Assembly (NCBI GenBank): GCA_020891255.1
Contig: BQFW01000010.1
Coordinates: 1,116,001-1,180,000 of the forward strand
Reading direction: 5' to 3'
Length of the DNA: 64,000 nt
DNA from: Entomortierella parvispora E1425
Lineage: Eukaryota; Fungi; Mortierellomycota
The translations under genes and the position numbers were made by a program. How positions within the stretch are numbered: position 1 is the stretch's first letter; the number at the start of each line of letters is the position of its first letter. This document shows, piece by piece, positions 24,372 through 35,912 of the stretch. Under the pieces are notes generated by a model, which ran no database searches, had not been told where the DNA came from, and saw only the letters and a list, made by a program, of their open reading frames with translations.

Positions 24372-24900
24372 GGGAAACGACAGAACGGGATCTTTTACGC
24401 CATCGAAGGCAACGTACATGTACAGCACTATCGTTCAATTTCCCTTTCGTTCTCAGCATTTTGGTTAGTTCTTTTGGATGAACATTTTCCCTGCCAATAA
24501 AAAAAAAAATCTTGACAATTGAGTTCTTGGGCTTGCTCCTTTTAGCGCCTACCTTGTCCTCGGATCCCACTTGCACATGTTGTTCAAGGGAGAAGAAGAG
24601 GTGGAGGGGAGGTCAAGAGCTTGTTCTACTAGAGAACATGGCTGTTATCACCACAATGAAAAAGGTGGGTTTTTTGGAGGTAGGGATTGCATTTTATTGC
24701 CGTAATAAAAATGTACAAAGGGTGTGGGGGGGTGGGGGGTGTATCGCGTGAAAAACAATGGGTAGGGATGATGACTTTCAACGGATTTTCAAATGGTTTC
24801 CCAAAAAAATGTTGCCTGCAAAAAAAAATTGATGAAATTGGATGAAGGAACGATGAAAATAGAAAACGAAAAGGGGATCTCCCAGGTAGAAGAATCCTTC

Positions 24901-27200
24901 TTACTTGGCCACGAAGCGGTGGGAAGCCTGCAAACCTGTCCTGTCGAAGGCGTTGAGGTTCTTGTGGGCAACAATCTGGTAGCAGGTGGCAGATCCCTGG
25001 CGGGAGATAATGGTGCTCCAGGCGAGGAAAAGCTCCCAGCATCTGTACCAGCGCTTGCCGTAGGTGGCAGTGATCGACTCCTCGTTCGACTTCCAGTTCA
25101 AGTACCAGCGGTAGATGGTGGCAGAGTAGTGAACACCAATGGTGTCAACGTTCTGAACCTCGAAACCTGCGCACTCAAGCTGCTTAATGACCCAGTAAAG
25201 GGGCATGGAAGCATCAGCACCGGGGAAGACGTACTTGGCCATGAAGAGACCCCAGATGAAATCCTCGTACTGCCAAGCAGCACGAAGACCAGCAATCTGG
25301 AGGAAGAAGAGACCATCGTCGTTAAGCATATCCTTGACTTGGAGCAAGAACTCATTGAACTTGCGGATTCCGACGTGCTCAGCCATCTCGAGACAGGTAA
25401 TCTTATCCCACTTCTCGCGAGGGATATCACGGTAATCCATGCACTTGATGCGGGCCTGGGAAGCGGGAACGCCGTACTCCTTGATGCGGTTGTTTCCAAA
25501 AGCAGTCTGGTTAAGACCGAGGGTAATACCAGTAGAGTCAGTTCCGTAGTTCTTGGCAGCAAAGGCAGTGAGGGTACCCCAACCGCATCCAATATCGAGA
25601 TGGCGTTCACCCTTCTTGAGCTGAATCTTCTCGCAGACGAGTCTCAACTTGTTGTCCTGGATCTCCTCGAGAGTCTCATTCTTGTTAACATCAGACATAA
25701 TACCAGAGGTGTAGATCATACGGGGTCCAAGGAAAGCAGCATAGAAGTCATCACCCCGATCGTAGTGGTCGCGGACCTGGTCCTCGTCCTGCTTCTTGGA
25801 GTGCCAAAGGGTCTCGGGGATCCACTGAGTAACGAAGAACTTGGCCTGGCTAGCGGTCATGTGGAACACAGTCCAGTCGTGGCGGTTCTCAAGCAACTGC
25901 AGCATGTCCTGGTTAATGTCAATCTAATATACCGGGAATCATAAGATAGTGTGTGGTTAGATCAAAAGTACTCTGTCAATTCAATTGCTTCCGGTTGTCG
26001 CGTTGCGCTCAAGCGATATCCCCTGAATGCGCGAAATAAAAAGGGGCATCAAGAGAGGGGCAGGAACAAGTATTTTTTTCCCTTCCTCTGCCTCATCCAC
26101 AATCTCGGTTTGATACTGTAGCGAGTTTTTCCTGTGGTCCTCAACACAAACTTTGTGATCTTCACCTCAAACTGAACGATAAAAAAACAACCCCGCTCAC
26201 TGCCAGCAACTCTTGGGCGCCAAACTCGGAGGAAATGATGACGCCAAATAACTAAGCGCATCTGTCCCGCCAGAGAGAGCGCCGTGTGTTTTGTCGACCA
26301 GCGCATACACATGTGCTCCCACCCTTCATTGGCTCTTCTCCAACCCGCTCGCTTCTTGAAAAAGGGGGGGGGGGGGGGGGAAAGGGGGGGGGAGAAGAGG
26401 AGATCAAAAATAGTGGAACCAAAAGCGCACAAGAAAGTGGAGAAAGACCTTGAGATCCAGACGGGACACGAGACCAGAAACATCACAGATTGCTCCAGAT
26501 TGCACCCTCCCGCTGCATCTTCCATGCGATGACCAATCTCGCCATAACGAGATCAAAATCAGGAAAAATGAGGTAGAAAAGTGATCAACTGAAAAGCACC
26601 ATTCCCTGTAAACAGGGACACAAATAACGATGCAAGGCTGGATCACCGTCGCCCTGACCATCCCTTCTCCTCGGGTGGTGCGCCTCAAAACAAACACGAG
26701 CCCAAAGGCTGCGAAAAAAGGAGAAACTGGGGATTCCAAGGGGTTCGAGAAAGAAAAAAGAGGAAATTGGAAAAAAAACCAACAATACATCGAATATGTA
26801 CCTTTCCATCAAAGTAGGCCTCAAAGAAGGTCTCCATGGGGATTCTGTTGGAGCCCTTGTACTTCTGGAGGGAGGGATCGATGATGTTCAGGTAATCCTC
26901 GACCTTCTTGCCAGGAGTCTGGACGCGGTTGTTGAGAGGCAACGCGAACTGGGATCCATAAGTGAAGTAGGCAGCAAAAATGGGGAGAGCAAGACCGATA
27001 ACCAAAATAGGGTAGGACCAGAGAGGCAACTTGAGGAAGGAGACAATCATGAATGGAGCACCGAGGATGACTCCAGCGAGATGGAGATTGTTGAAGGTCT
27101 CGAATCCAGCGACCTCCACAGGGAATTCCGGGTTCTTGATGCTAGGGTAGGAAGTCTTCTTCCAGCTTGCGCCGGGCTTGACGGTTGAGGTGGGAGCCAT
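24901..27200 (-). CDS. MTS1: Sphingolipid C9-methyltransferase (CFA-synthase-like SAM methyltransferase); complement(join(24901..25923,26802..27200))
   Basis: N-terminal TM hairpin; IPMETFFEAYFDGK|IDINQDMLQLLENRHDW; DHYDRGDDFY, LGPRMIYTSG, HLDIGCGWG, CLEMAEHVG; 878-nt GT..AG intron. Confidence 0.9.
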
Positions 27201-28642
27201 CTTGGTCTTTCTCTTCTCGGGGAGGGAGGGATGAGGGGAGGAAGGTGGATGAAGAGAAAAGAAGAAGAAGAAAAGACAGAAAAAGAAGATGGGAAAAGAG
27301 ATGAAGGCCAGAGGGACCTCGAAAAGGGGTATTGAACTCTATGGCGGGATTTGGCCGATAAACAAAAAGGCCTCGGTGCCCATTCAATACTCGCTGTAGA
27401 CTACTGCAGGCAGAAGGGACCCTACTGTAAACTACCCTTCGGCTCTCTCTTCCTCCTCGTCTTTTCCTCTCTCCTCCCACACAGACAGACAGCAGACAGC
27501 CGTCGCCTGCCTGCCAATGAACACAGCCATGGTGGATTGGGCAGATTGGCGCTTTCTATTTCCGCCTTGCTTGTCTGTCTCTGGAGTCTCGTTGTCGTCT
27601 TTGTCGTGCTTTTGTCCTTCTTTTCCAGCCCAGCCAGAATGTACCTATTCTTGACACGGTTCCACAGGATCACAGAAGCGTGTTGTTGTTGGTATTTTTT
27701 TTGCCTGTCGCCGTTGTCCTCCTCTCATTCCTGTAATCGTGCAGGCCAGCGGGAACGATCGAGACGCGAGAGGCTGGAGATCACTTTTATTCTCTTGCTC
27801 ACTCGCCCACTCACGATATCAGTGCACTCTATTGACTGGTGGACCCGTCTGAAAGACTACTCGATCAAGACTACATGGGAAATGGACGTGGGGATTTTTA
27901 GGCTATCGCTCTTCGCTTCGCCTCTTCTCCTTTGTCTTTTTTCTTTTCTTCTCGCCTCTGCCAATCAGCCTTCGATCCAATTCGCGCGGCTGATCAAGGT
28001 TGCCTTATTGTTGACCACAGTCTTCTCACTCTTCTTCGTACCTCCACCCATGTCTATGAGTGATAACATTGTTCTTTTTAAGGTACCTAGAGTGAGGAGA
28101 GTGAGCTTTTCCACAATTTGCAAGCTTAAAGGACAGGCTGAATGTCATTTTGAGGGAAATCGTCCCACTTCTTTCCTGCAGAGAAGAAATAGAAACGACC
28201 AAGACAACCAGATGGAAAAAAAAAAAAAAAAAAAAAAAAAGAGGAAAAGAATAAATTGGATGAAAAGACCGACAAGGTATTCTAAACTTGGTCCCTCCCA
28301 CTGGTCCCACAGACGGTGCCACAGGGTGCCAGGTCCGGGGTCTCGTCTCTTGCTCCCATTCTTTGTTCCCATTTCTTTTTCTCTTTTCCCACTTGAACTC
28401 TAAGTAGCTTAGGCATTGCACCAATTGCAATTGAACAGCAAGCAAAACAGCACAACAATAAGAGCTTTCGAGAGACGAAAAGTTTCCAAATACAGTCCAC
28501 GTTTCGTCCCTATACAGTAGCACCTTTGCCAGGAAGACACGACTCCTCAGAGACAGAGTGGAGGTTGGTTGCCTTCAAAAAAAAAAAAAAAAATTGTCGA
28601 GCAGCGGTAAGCTTGCAAGCGGCCAAAAGCTGGGAGTCAAAA

Positions 28643-28725
28643 TGGTAGAAGTGGGATTTGAACCCACGCCTCTCTCGAGACCGCAACTTGAGTGCGGCGC
28701 CTTAGACCAACTCGGCCATCCTACC
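28643..28725 (-). tRNA. tRNA-Leu (CAA), intronless
   Basis: GGTAGGATGGCCGAGTTGGTCTAAGGCGCCGCACTCAAGTTGCGG...GGTTCAAATCCCACTTCTACCA; anticodon stem CCGCA/TGCGG, long variable arm. Confidence 0.95.
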
Positions 28726-28859
28726 TTTGCTTGATGGAAAGCATTTTTTTCAGTACATGATATGTACAATGTCATAAATCACGTGATGATATTGATGTCG
28801 ATGTATCTGTCACGTGCATTTCTCTGTATAACATGACTTAAAAACAAAAATAAATATCG

Positions 28860-28932
28860 GGGGATCTAGCTCAAATGGTAGAGCGCTCGCTTAGCATGCG
28901 AGAGGCACTGGGATCGATGCCCAGGTTCTCCA
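28860..28932 (+). tRNA. tRNA-Ala (AGC)
   Basis: Full cloverleaf; anticodon loop TTAGCAT; G3:U70 alanine identity pair; ATCGATG T-loop typical of eukaryotic tRNA-Ala. Confidence 0.95.
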
Positions 28933-29062
28933 GTCTTCATTTTGCTCGACGTTCAGACGAATGTAGGGTGACACCTTTTTTGCTCCGATAGCATAGGGGC
29001 ATGGTTCTCAACACAACAACTGAATAAACGGGTCTGCGATATGTGTTGCCAACCCATTACAA

Positions 29063-30261
29063 CTACAACTTGGATGGAGGTAACGCGCAAACGTCGTCCT
29101 CACATTCGGTTTGCCCAGCGGCAGCGGCCGCATCTTTTCTTTCTTGGACCTGAGCATCCTGACGTTTCGCTTTTGAGATAACAGCCTCCTCGAGATCGAC
29201 GCCTGAGATTTGACTGCAGACCTCCAAGATCTTGCTGATGGGGGCCAAGTTTCCGAGGACGGTTTCTTCAAACTGATACGCGATTCCTTGATGACCTTGA
29301 CGGACAATGTATAGACCTCCAAAGATACGGCCTTCACCTACCAATAGGTTTCCACGAACGCCAGAGCGCAGATTACGGATGGCATTGAACCAAAGACTAG
29401 GTCGCAAAAGTTGATCGATTGAAGCCCATCGCAACTTACCGCCACTTTTTTTTGAAAAAAAGAAGTAGGCATGGAGATTTTTTTGTCAGTCATCGCTGTC
29501 GTCGTTGTCGTCGTGTTTGCCAATAAAATATGATTGTCCAGAAGGATCGAGGAAAGTGAAAGAGTTGATACATACCCTAACGCTTTGTAGAAACCCTTGG
29601 ATCTGTCGTAGTAAGTCTCACCTCCGTTCCAGTAGTCTTTCTGGAAAGTAGCTGCGCCCAACTTTTGATGAACGACCACAATCATGCGGAAACCCTTTTT
29701 GCCCAGGTGTTCGAAACTGTGATTAGAATGCTTGTTATTTATCCTTTTTAAAGTGCATGAGTGAATGTCGACCGTTGGCAAGAGTTCATTTCTTCCTACC
29801 ATCTCCTTCTCGATCAGCTCACGATGCTCATCCAGGATATGAGCTTCTTCACGACAGAAAGGGCAACCGGGACGACGAATAACTATTGTGGATAGACCCC
29901 GAATTAATCAGAAGTTTGCAAAAAAAAAAAAAAAAAAAAGAGGCTGCAACCAAAAGTAGGTGGATGTGTTGTCACTCGTCCAGTGACATGTGCAACGACC
30001 GCTCAGAATGGCGTGTTTCTGTTCAATCTGTCTTTGCCACCTTTCCTTCCTTGCATTTTTCTGAAGCACCATCATAGCTGTTGCAGGTGCGGCCATAACT
30101 TGGCTGGCCATCTAACTGATATTCCTTTACATACCGACGATGATCGCAGGCTTCTCCTTCCAGATCTCATTGGCCTGGAACGTGCTCTCGATGTCCTTGT
30201 TCAAAAAGTCCGTCAGCACCACGTCGCGAATGGCACTATAGTTTTCAGATTGGTCAGCCAT
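29063..30261 (-). CDS. PRXL2/FAM213-like (AhpC/TSA-2) thioredoxin-fold protein; complement(join(29063..29444,29576..29694,29800..29882,30135..30261))
   Basis: VIRRPGCPFCREEA (CxxC), YYDRSKGFYKALG and GNLLVGEGRIFGGLYIV; four exons total 711 nt in frame. Confidence 0.85.
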
Positions 30262-31919
30262 TGATGGTTGTGTATAAAAAAGGATGTGGGCGTAGTAGAG
30301 ACGAGCGTCGGAGAGGAAAGTGCGTCGATAAGGATGAATGGATGCAACAGAGAGATAGGAACTAACAAGAGGACGACGAGGAGATGGTGAGAAGGGGGAA
30401 AGAGCGAAGAGAACAGAAAGAAAATGAAGATAAACACTGAGATGAAAAGTAAAAAGAAAACGGTCCCCTTCCCACAGTATTTGGCTCAAGAGAAGAGAAC
30501 AAAATGACAGGCTAAAGTGCCCGATCCTTGCGCCATTCGCATTTTGCTCTTTTGCGCTCTGGTTCTTTTATTTGGACAGTGTTGACCTCGGTGGAATTGG
30601 TTGGCCCAAACGTCGGCTGCTTTTCTTGGCGTCTAGACATTGTTTGTCGTGTCCCTCCTCAAGCATTGAAAACGCGACTAGCACGAGCCACCATCGCGAT
30701 GACAACAACAATGCAGTCAGGTTGTCGCGTTCCCAAAGAGTAACGTTTCGGCTCATTCATGAATAAGGTCAGAAGACAGACGCCATGTGCAGTTTTGTGT
30801 TTTGGAGAAATGAAAAACAGGGTATGGGTGGTTGGGTGCTTGTGCACACAATTGACTTTTCACAGCATGGACCACTAGACAAGGTTGAGCAACCTTGCTT
30901 CCTTGTGTATGTGGCAGTCCCTCGATCGAAACTAGAGAGTCAATATGCCTGGACAGCCGTTGACTCTCTTTGACGAGGAACAGGAGCCGTAGTAGTTGGC
31001 TTGAATGAGATGAATGAGAGTTACCTACAAGCAACCACGAGTCCAAGGTTGAGCACGGTCGTTAAAATGCAATGCTTTGATCTATATGTTGTGAAGACGC
31101 GTGGACAAGTGCAGTGCGCTGTCAAAACAAATCTGATCTGGTCGTGTGAGAAGGCCCAAGTGGTCCACCCGAGAGGTCCATCGGTCATCGTACCTATCAT
31201 CACATTACGAGTTCCCGGTCCTCACCATATCAACCTTGAGCGCAACATCTAGAAGCTTTGACGAAGAAATGAAAAGTAGCAGCAGTAGTGGAAACACAAC
31301 GACCCTAGACAAGATGACAAAGCTATCCGCATATAAGGAAGGAGAGGGGCCCCAAAACGCGATCGAACTTTCCAAGATCCTGTTTGTTGCCTGCCAGTTG
31401 CCAAAAAATGGCAAGCTGGCAAATAGTTTTACCCAAATCCATTTTTTTTTCTTTGTCAGTGGTTTCGTTTCTGCGCAAATTGGACAGCAGCCAGTGGACG
31501 TACGCCGCGCTTTCGGAAGAAACACTTCAACGGCACAGCCGTACCCGGGAAGACGGCAGAATTGGGCAAGGAACATACAAAGGAAGCCACAAGCAGGCAA
31601 GGAAGGAGCGAAGGAAGGAAGAAAAGGAGGAAAAGGAGGAAAAGGAAGAAAAGGAGGGGCGGGCAGGCCAGGGGCCGATCGCTCGATAACAACGTGCATC
31701 CCCCTGAAGGAGCAAGACCCGCCGCCTGCGCCATAAATATCGTCTCAATCCCGCCTACTTCCCTTCCACTTTCTTTACTCGCTCGCTTTTTTTACATTCC
31801 CATCCTTTCATTTCCTTTCTGTCTTTTCTCTTCCGCTTTCTCCTCATCCGTTTCTTCTCATCCTTTCTTCTCATCCTCTTCTTTGCATTCATCCCCACAC
31901 CAAATCACAGCTCGATTCA

Positions 31920-34443
31920 ATGTCGTCCCAAGGTTCAGACACGTCCTCTGTACATTCCAAGCACCCCTACACGGAACCCAAGCAGGTCGAGGCCCTGGCT
32001 GCTTTCCGCACCCTTCTTGGTGCTGATAATGAGAAATACGACGATGGAGTAAGTTATTCATTACCTCTTTTTTATTGAGCTTACATGTCCACGAGGGCAT
32101 TTCCTTTAACTTGATCACATTTCATGGACAACGCGAATGCATCATTACAGACTCGAGGACGAAAGTACCCCCAACACAGGAAGGCAGGAAGGAGCAGATT
32201 CTGTCCACTCGCTTGTTCTAGCTGATATGCAGCGACCTGGGCATGACTACCATCGCCCAGAGATAACGACAGGAAAAAAACAAGGAGATCGCAGCCACTC
32301 TCACCTTGCCGGTTCTAATCCCGTCTCTGACCGTTTGGCTCGTTCTTTCGATTTCTATTTCTGATCTGCTCAATCGTGGACACCTTCAAATAGGAACTGA
32401 TGCGGTTCATTGTCGCCAGAAGCTACGACTTGGTAAGTAATCAAGACATCCCCGTCATCTCTTGATTCGAGAGGAGGTTGGGTTTTATTACCACGGTCTC
32501 CTTCGCCCGTGCCTTCTGTGTCCCTGTGTCTTTTTTTCAGGAACAAAAGAACAGTTCCATTTTGGTCGTCTGGGTGGAAGGACCCTCTTGTCCCCCTGGA
32601 CTTTGTGCTCTCATTCCCGCGCCGAGGACTGTTTGGTTGGCTGGCCGGTTGTGTGGTGTTACAACGATGTCATGATTTGAGTTGCGCTGGTTCCGATGAT
32701 ATCAGCCAGAACCTTGAAATGAACGGGTGGATGTCGTGAGTCAAACCTGTTGTAGTGCTTGGCCCCTGACCGCTGTCTTCTCTTGTCTTTTAGCCCGGTG
32801 CCCACGCGCAGCTGCTTGCCTCTCTGGAGTGGAGAAAGACCAACAATGTCGACGATCTCCCTATCCCAGGACCCCACAACTCAAATGGCGTCATGTACGG
32901 CGTGCGCGGATGGCATTCCGTTCCAGACGCCAACATCGAGGCAGGACACCCAAACGTCCCAGAACATGCCGTCAGACTGCAAAAATACATGGGAGGAAGC
33001 AGTCTTCATAAGTGGGACAAAGCTGGTCGTCCTATTTATATTGAGCGCATGGTAAGTTCGAGGGATAGAACTGGAGAGAAAAAATAACAAGCGAAGCTAC
33101 AAACACGCCAAAAAAAGATGAAGACTAACTAGACGATCTGCTTCAACTATTTAGGGCCAGCATAATGTCAAAGGATTGGCAAAGAATGTCACGACAGCCG
33201 AGCTCGTTGACTATCATATTCGCTGCACAGAGTTTGTCCACAACACCATCTTGCCAGAGTGTGAGGAGCGCTTTGGAACGGACGACAAGGTCATTGACAA
33301 GGAGACTGTCATTTTCGATTGCACGGGCATGGGCTTCCACCGTAAGGGAACAACTCGACAATCTTGTTTGAGGATACCCACATTTGTAAATGTGCAACTG
33401 AAGATGCCTACTATTTTTTCCTTTAGAGCTTCATATGGATGGATTGAACATGTTGCGTTCCCTGACTGATATGGACCAGAAGGCTTACCCTGAGCGTCTC
33501 GGAAAGCTCTTCATTGTCAACAGTCCTTATGTTTTTGTCAAAGTGTACTCTATGATTAAGAAGTGGCTCGATCCCGGTGGTAAGGATCAACAGCAGGATC
33601 TAACTGACAGCGCTAGATGATATTCATCCTATGCTTTTGTACTTATCATGAACTTGTTTTCATTTATAAACAGTCATCGAGAAAATCCATATTCTTGGAA
33701 AGGATTTCAAGTCAGTGTTACTGGATCATATTGATTCTGAGAACTTGCCTGAGTTCCTTGGAGGAGAATGCACCTGTAGCCACATGCCTGGCGGTTGTGT
33801 GCCCTCCGTAGTCATGAACAATATCAAGCCTGTGGAGACAGCACCTCCCACCAACGCCAACCTCTTGGCTGTTCCCACCTATCTCCGTCCTCGATCATCA
33901 TCGAGTGCCTCCGCAACCTCGATCATGGACTATGTCATGCCAGGGCGCCCCAAAGATGGCATTTACCAGATGTTCTCAACCATGGCTCATGGCAAGGCTT
34001 GCGAGTATGAGTTTGTTGTCGCAGATGAGGATGTGGAGGCTCAGCCAGAGGTCCTTATCAAGTTCAGAGTGAAGGGTGTTCGCGCGGCCTGCGAGGGTCT
34101 TAATTTTACAGTCGTCCGCTTTGAATTCGGCGAGAAGGCTGACAGTGGCACAGTGTAAGCGCTTATTTGTGTTCTCTGTTCGATATTAACCATGCTATTA
34201 CTACTATGAACTGACCTGACTCCTTTCTCTTTCTTGTTCCTGGTCTTTAGTGTTGTTCCTACCAAGTTCTACTCGCTTTCAGAGTGCCCCGAGACTGGAA
34301 GCGGTGTCGAGGTCACGTTCCATGCCAAGGAAGCTGGTCTCTACGTGATGTCTTGGAAGCCAGAGAACCAGCGCGGTTTGGTTCAAATGGAGTATGGTGT
34401 CAAGGTCGATGGTATCTTGGGGGAGAGCTCGGACTCTCCCTAG
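31920..34443 (+). CDS. Sec14-like CRAL-TRIO lipid-binding protein with C-terminal beta-rich (GOLD-like) extension; multi-exon
   Basis: Exons give ELMRFIVARSYDL, SLEWRKTNNVD, HKWDKAGRPIYIERM, ETVIFDCTGMG, YPERLGKLFIVNSP and IDSENLPEFLGG; the C-terminal exon has GLYVMSW. Confidence 0.85.
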
Positions 34444-34742
34444 ACGATGTTCTTTTATAGAAGGAGGGTCTTATTCCCAAAAGCCCCTTTCACTTAATAA
34501 TAAACAGCTTTCATGTTGCACTTGAGAAGACCCTGGCCCCAGATTCCCAGCCCTTTCGTTTGAATTGTGATTCATGTTTTAATAAATTAGGTGGGCTGCA
34601 TGGTACCAGACCGCACAGTCGCTCCCTTTTTTTTTTTTTTTTTTTTTTTTTGGTATATCGTGCTTTTCACTACATACTCAATAGATATGTGCTCACTGCC
34701 CACAGGGCAGGAATTGGTGGAATACAGGACAGGTCAGAATTC

Positions 34743-35912
34743 TTAGTTGGCTCCGCCGTTGTAGACCAACTTGTTGGGAGATCCGTTGAGGTTACCCTTG
34801 ATATGACCAGGGGTGGCAGAGCTTGTCAACTTGTCAAACAAGTCCTGGGCAGAGTTCAATCCTCCCTGGGACAGGTACAAGGCTGCGACACCGACGACAT
34901 GAGGGGTGGCCATGGACGTTCCCGAGATGGTGTTGCTGGCATCAGTGCCACCGATCCAAGAAGAGGTGATGTCCACACCAGGTCCGTAGATCTCAACACA
35001 GGAGCCCCAGGATGTGAATGAGGCCGAGCTGTCCTTGTTGTCCGAGGCTGCCACGGTAAAGGTGTTGGGGGCACCGGAGGGGGAACCGTCACAGGCATCC
35101 ACAGTCTCGTCGTTACCGGCGGCGACAATCAGAGGGATGTTGGCAGAGAAGAGGCGACCAGCGGCATCATCAATGGCTTGAGACTTTCCACCACCCAAGG
35201 ACATGTTTACGACAGACTTGCCGGGCTTGGCATGCTGGGCAACCCAGTCCATACCAGCAACGACACCAGAGGTCGAACCCGAGCCCTGAGCATCCAGGAC
35301 CTTGACACCGACGATCGAGACCTTCTTGGCCACACCGTAGGTCGAACCACCGATGGTACCCGAGACGTGGGTGCCGTGACCGTTCTCGTCAGTATCAGCG
35401 GAGCCGTCCACAAAGTTGGCAGCCAACTTGGCACGTCCTCCAAATTCCTCGTGCTCAGCATAGACACCGGTATCGACCACATAGGCAGTGATACCCTGAC
35501 CGGCGGCATCGTTGTAAGAGTAAGGCTTTGAGAGATCCAAGTCCTGCTCGGAGACACGGGTCAAACCCCAGGAGGGAGGAGAATCTTGCTGACCATAGAT
35601 CTTCATGACCGCGTCCTGTTCCACATAGGCCACCTCGCTTCTGGCCTGAATCTCCTTCAAGGCAGCAGGGGGGAGGGAAGCATGGAAACCGGGGATGGCC
35701 TTGTATTGACGGTGAACCTTGGGCTTGACACCGCGACCGTTCTGACGCTTGGCGATGGCGTCAAACTCGGACTGGAAGGAGGCGGCCGAGTGACCATCCT
35801 TGAGGACGACAATGTAGGAGTCGGGGATAGGCTTGGCGTTGTTGGTAGGGGCCAACAACGGAGCGGCTTGAACCAGGGCAATGCAGGCGGCGAGGAGAAC
35901 GGTGTACTTCAT
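34743..35912 (-). CDS. Secreted subtilisin-like serine protease (S8A, proteinase K type) with I9 propeptide
   Basis: Signal peptide; YIVVLK...YVEQD prodomain; catalytic VDTG, NGHGTHVSG and GTSMATPHV; single exon. Confidence 0.96.
   Translation of the reverse strand: MKYTVLLAACIALVQAAPLLAPTNNAKPIPDSYIVVLKDGHSAASFQSEFDAIAKRQNGRGVKPKVHRQYKAIPGFHASLPPAALKEIQARSEVAYVEQDAVMKIYGQQDSPPSWGLTRVSEQDLDLSKPYSYNDAAGQGITAYVVDTGVYAEHEEFGGRAKLAANFVDGSADTDENGHGTHVSGTIGGSTYGVAKKVSIVGVKVLDAQGSGSTSGVVAGMDWVAQHAKPGKSVVNMSLGGGKSQAIDDAAGRLFSANIPLIVAAGNDETVDACDGSPSGAPNTFTVAASDNKDSSASFTSWGSCVEIYGPGVDITSSWIGGTDASNTISGTSMATPHVVGVAALYLSQGGLNSAQDLFDKLTSSATPGHIKGNLNGSPNKLVYNGGAN

Noticed and set aside
21355-25944. 350-aa and 383-aa ORFs antisense to ALE1 and the C9-methyltransferase
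   Set aside because: They overlap well-supported genes exactly; antisense openness is explained by codon bias and there are no motifs.
27351-28403. 350-aa plus-strand ORF
   Set aside because: Non-ATG start, built from CT-rich promoter sequence and an A-run read as polyK; no domain.
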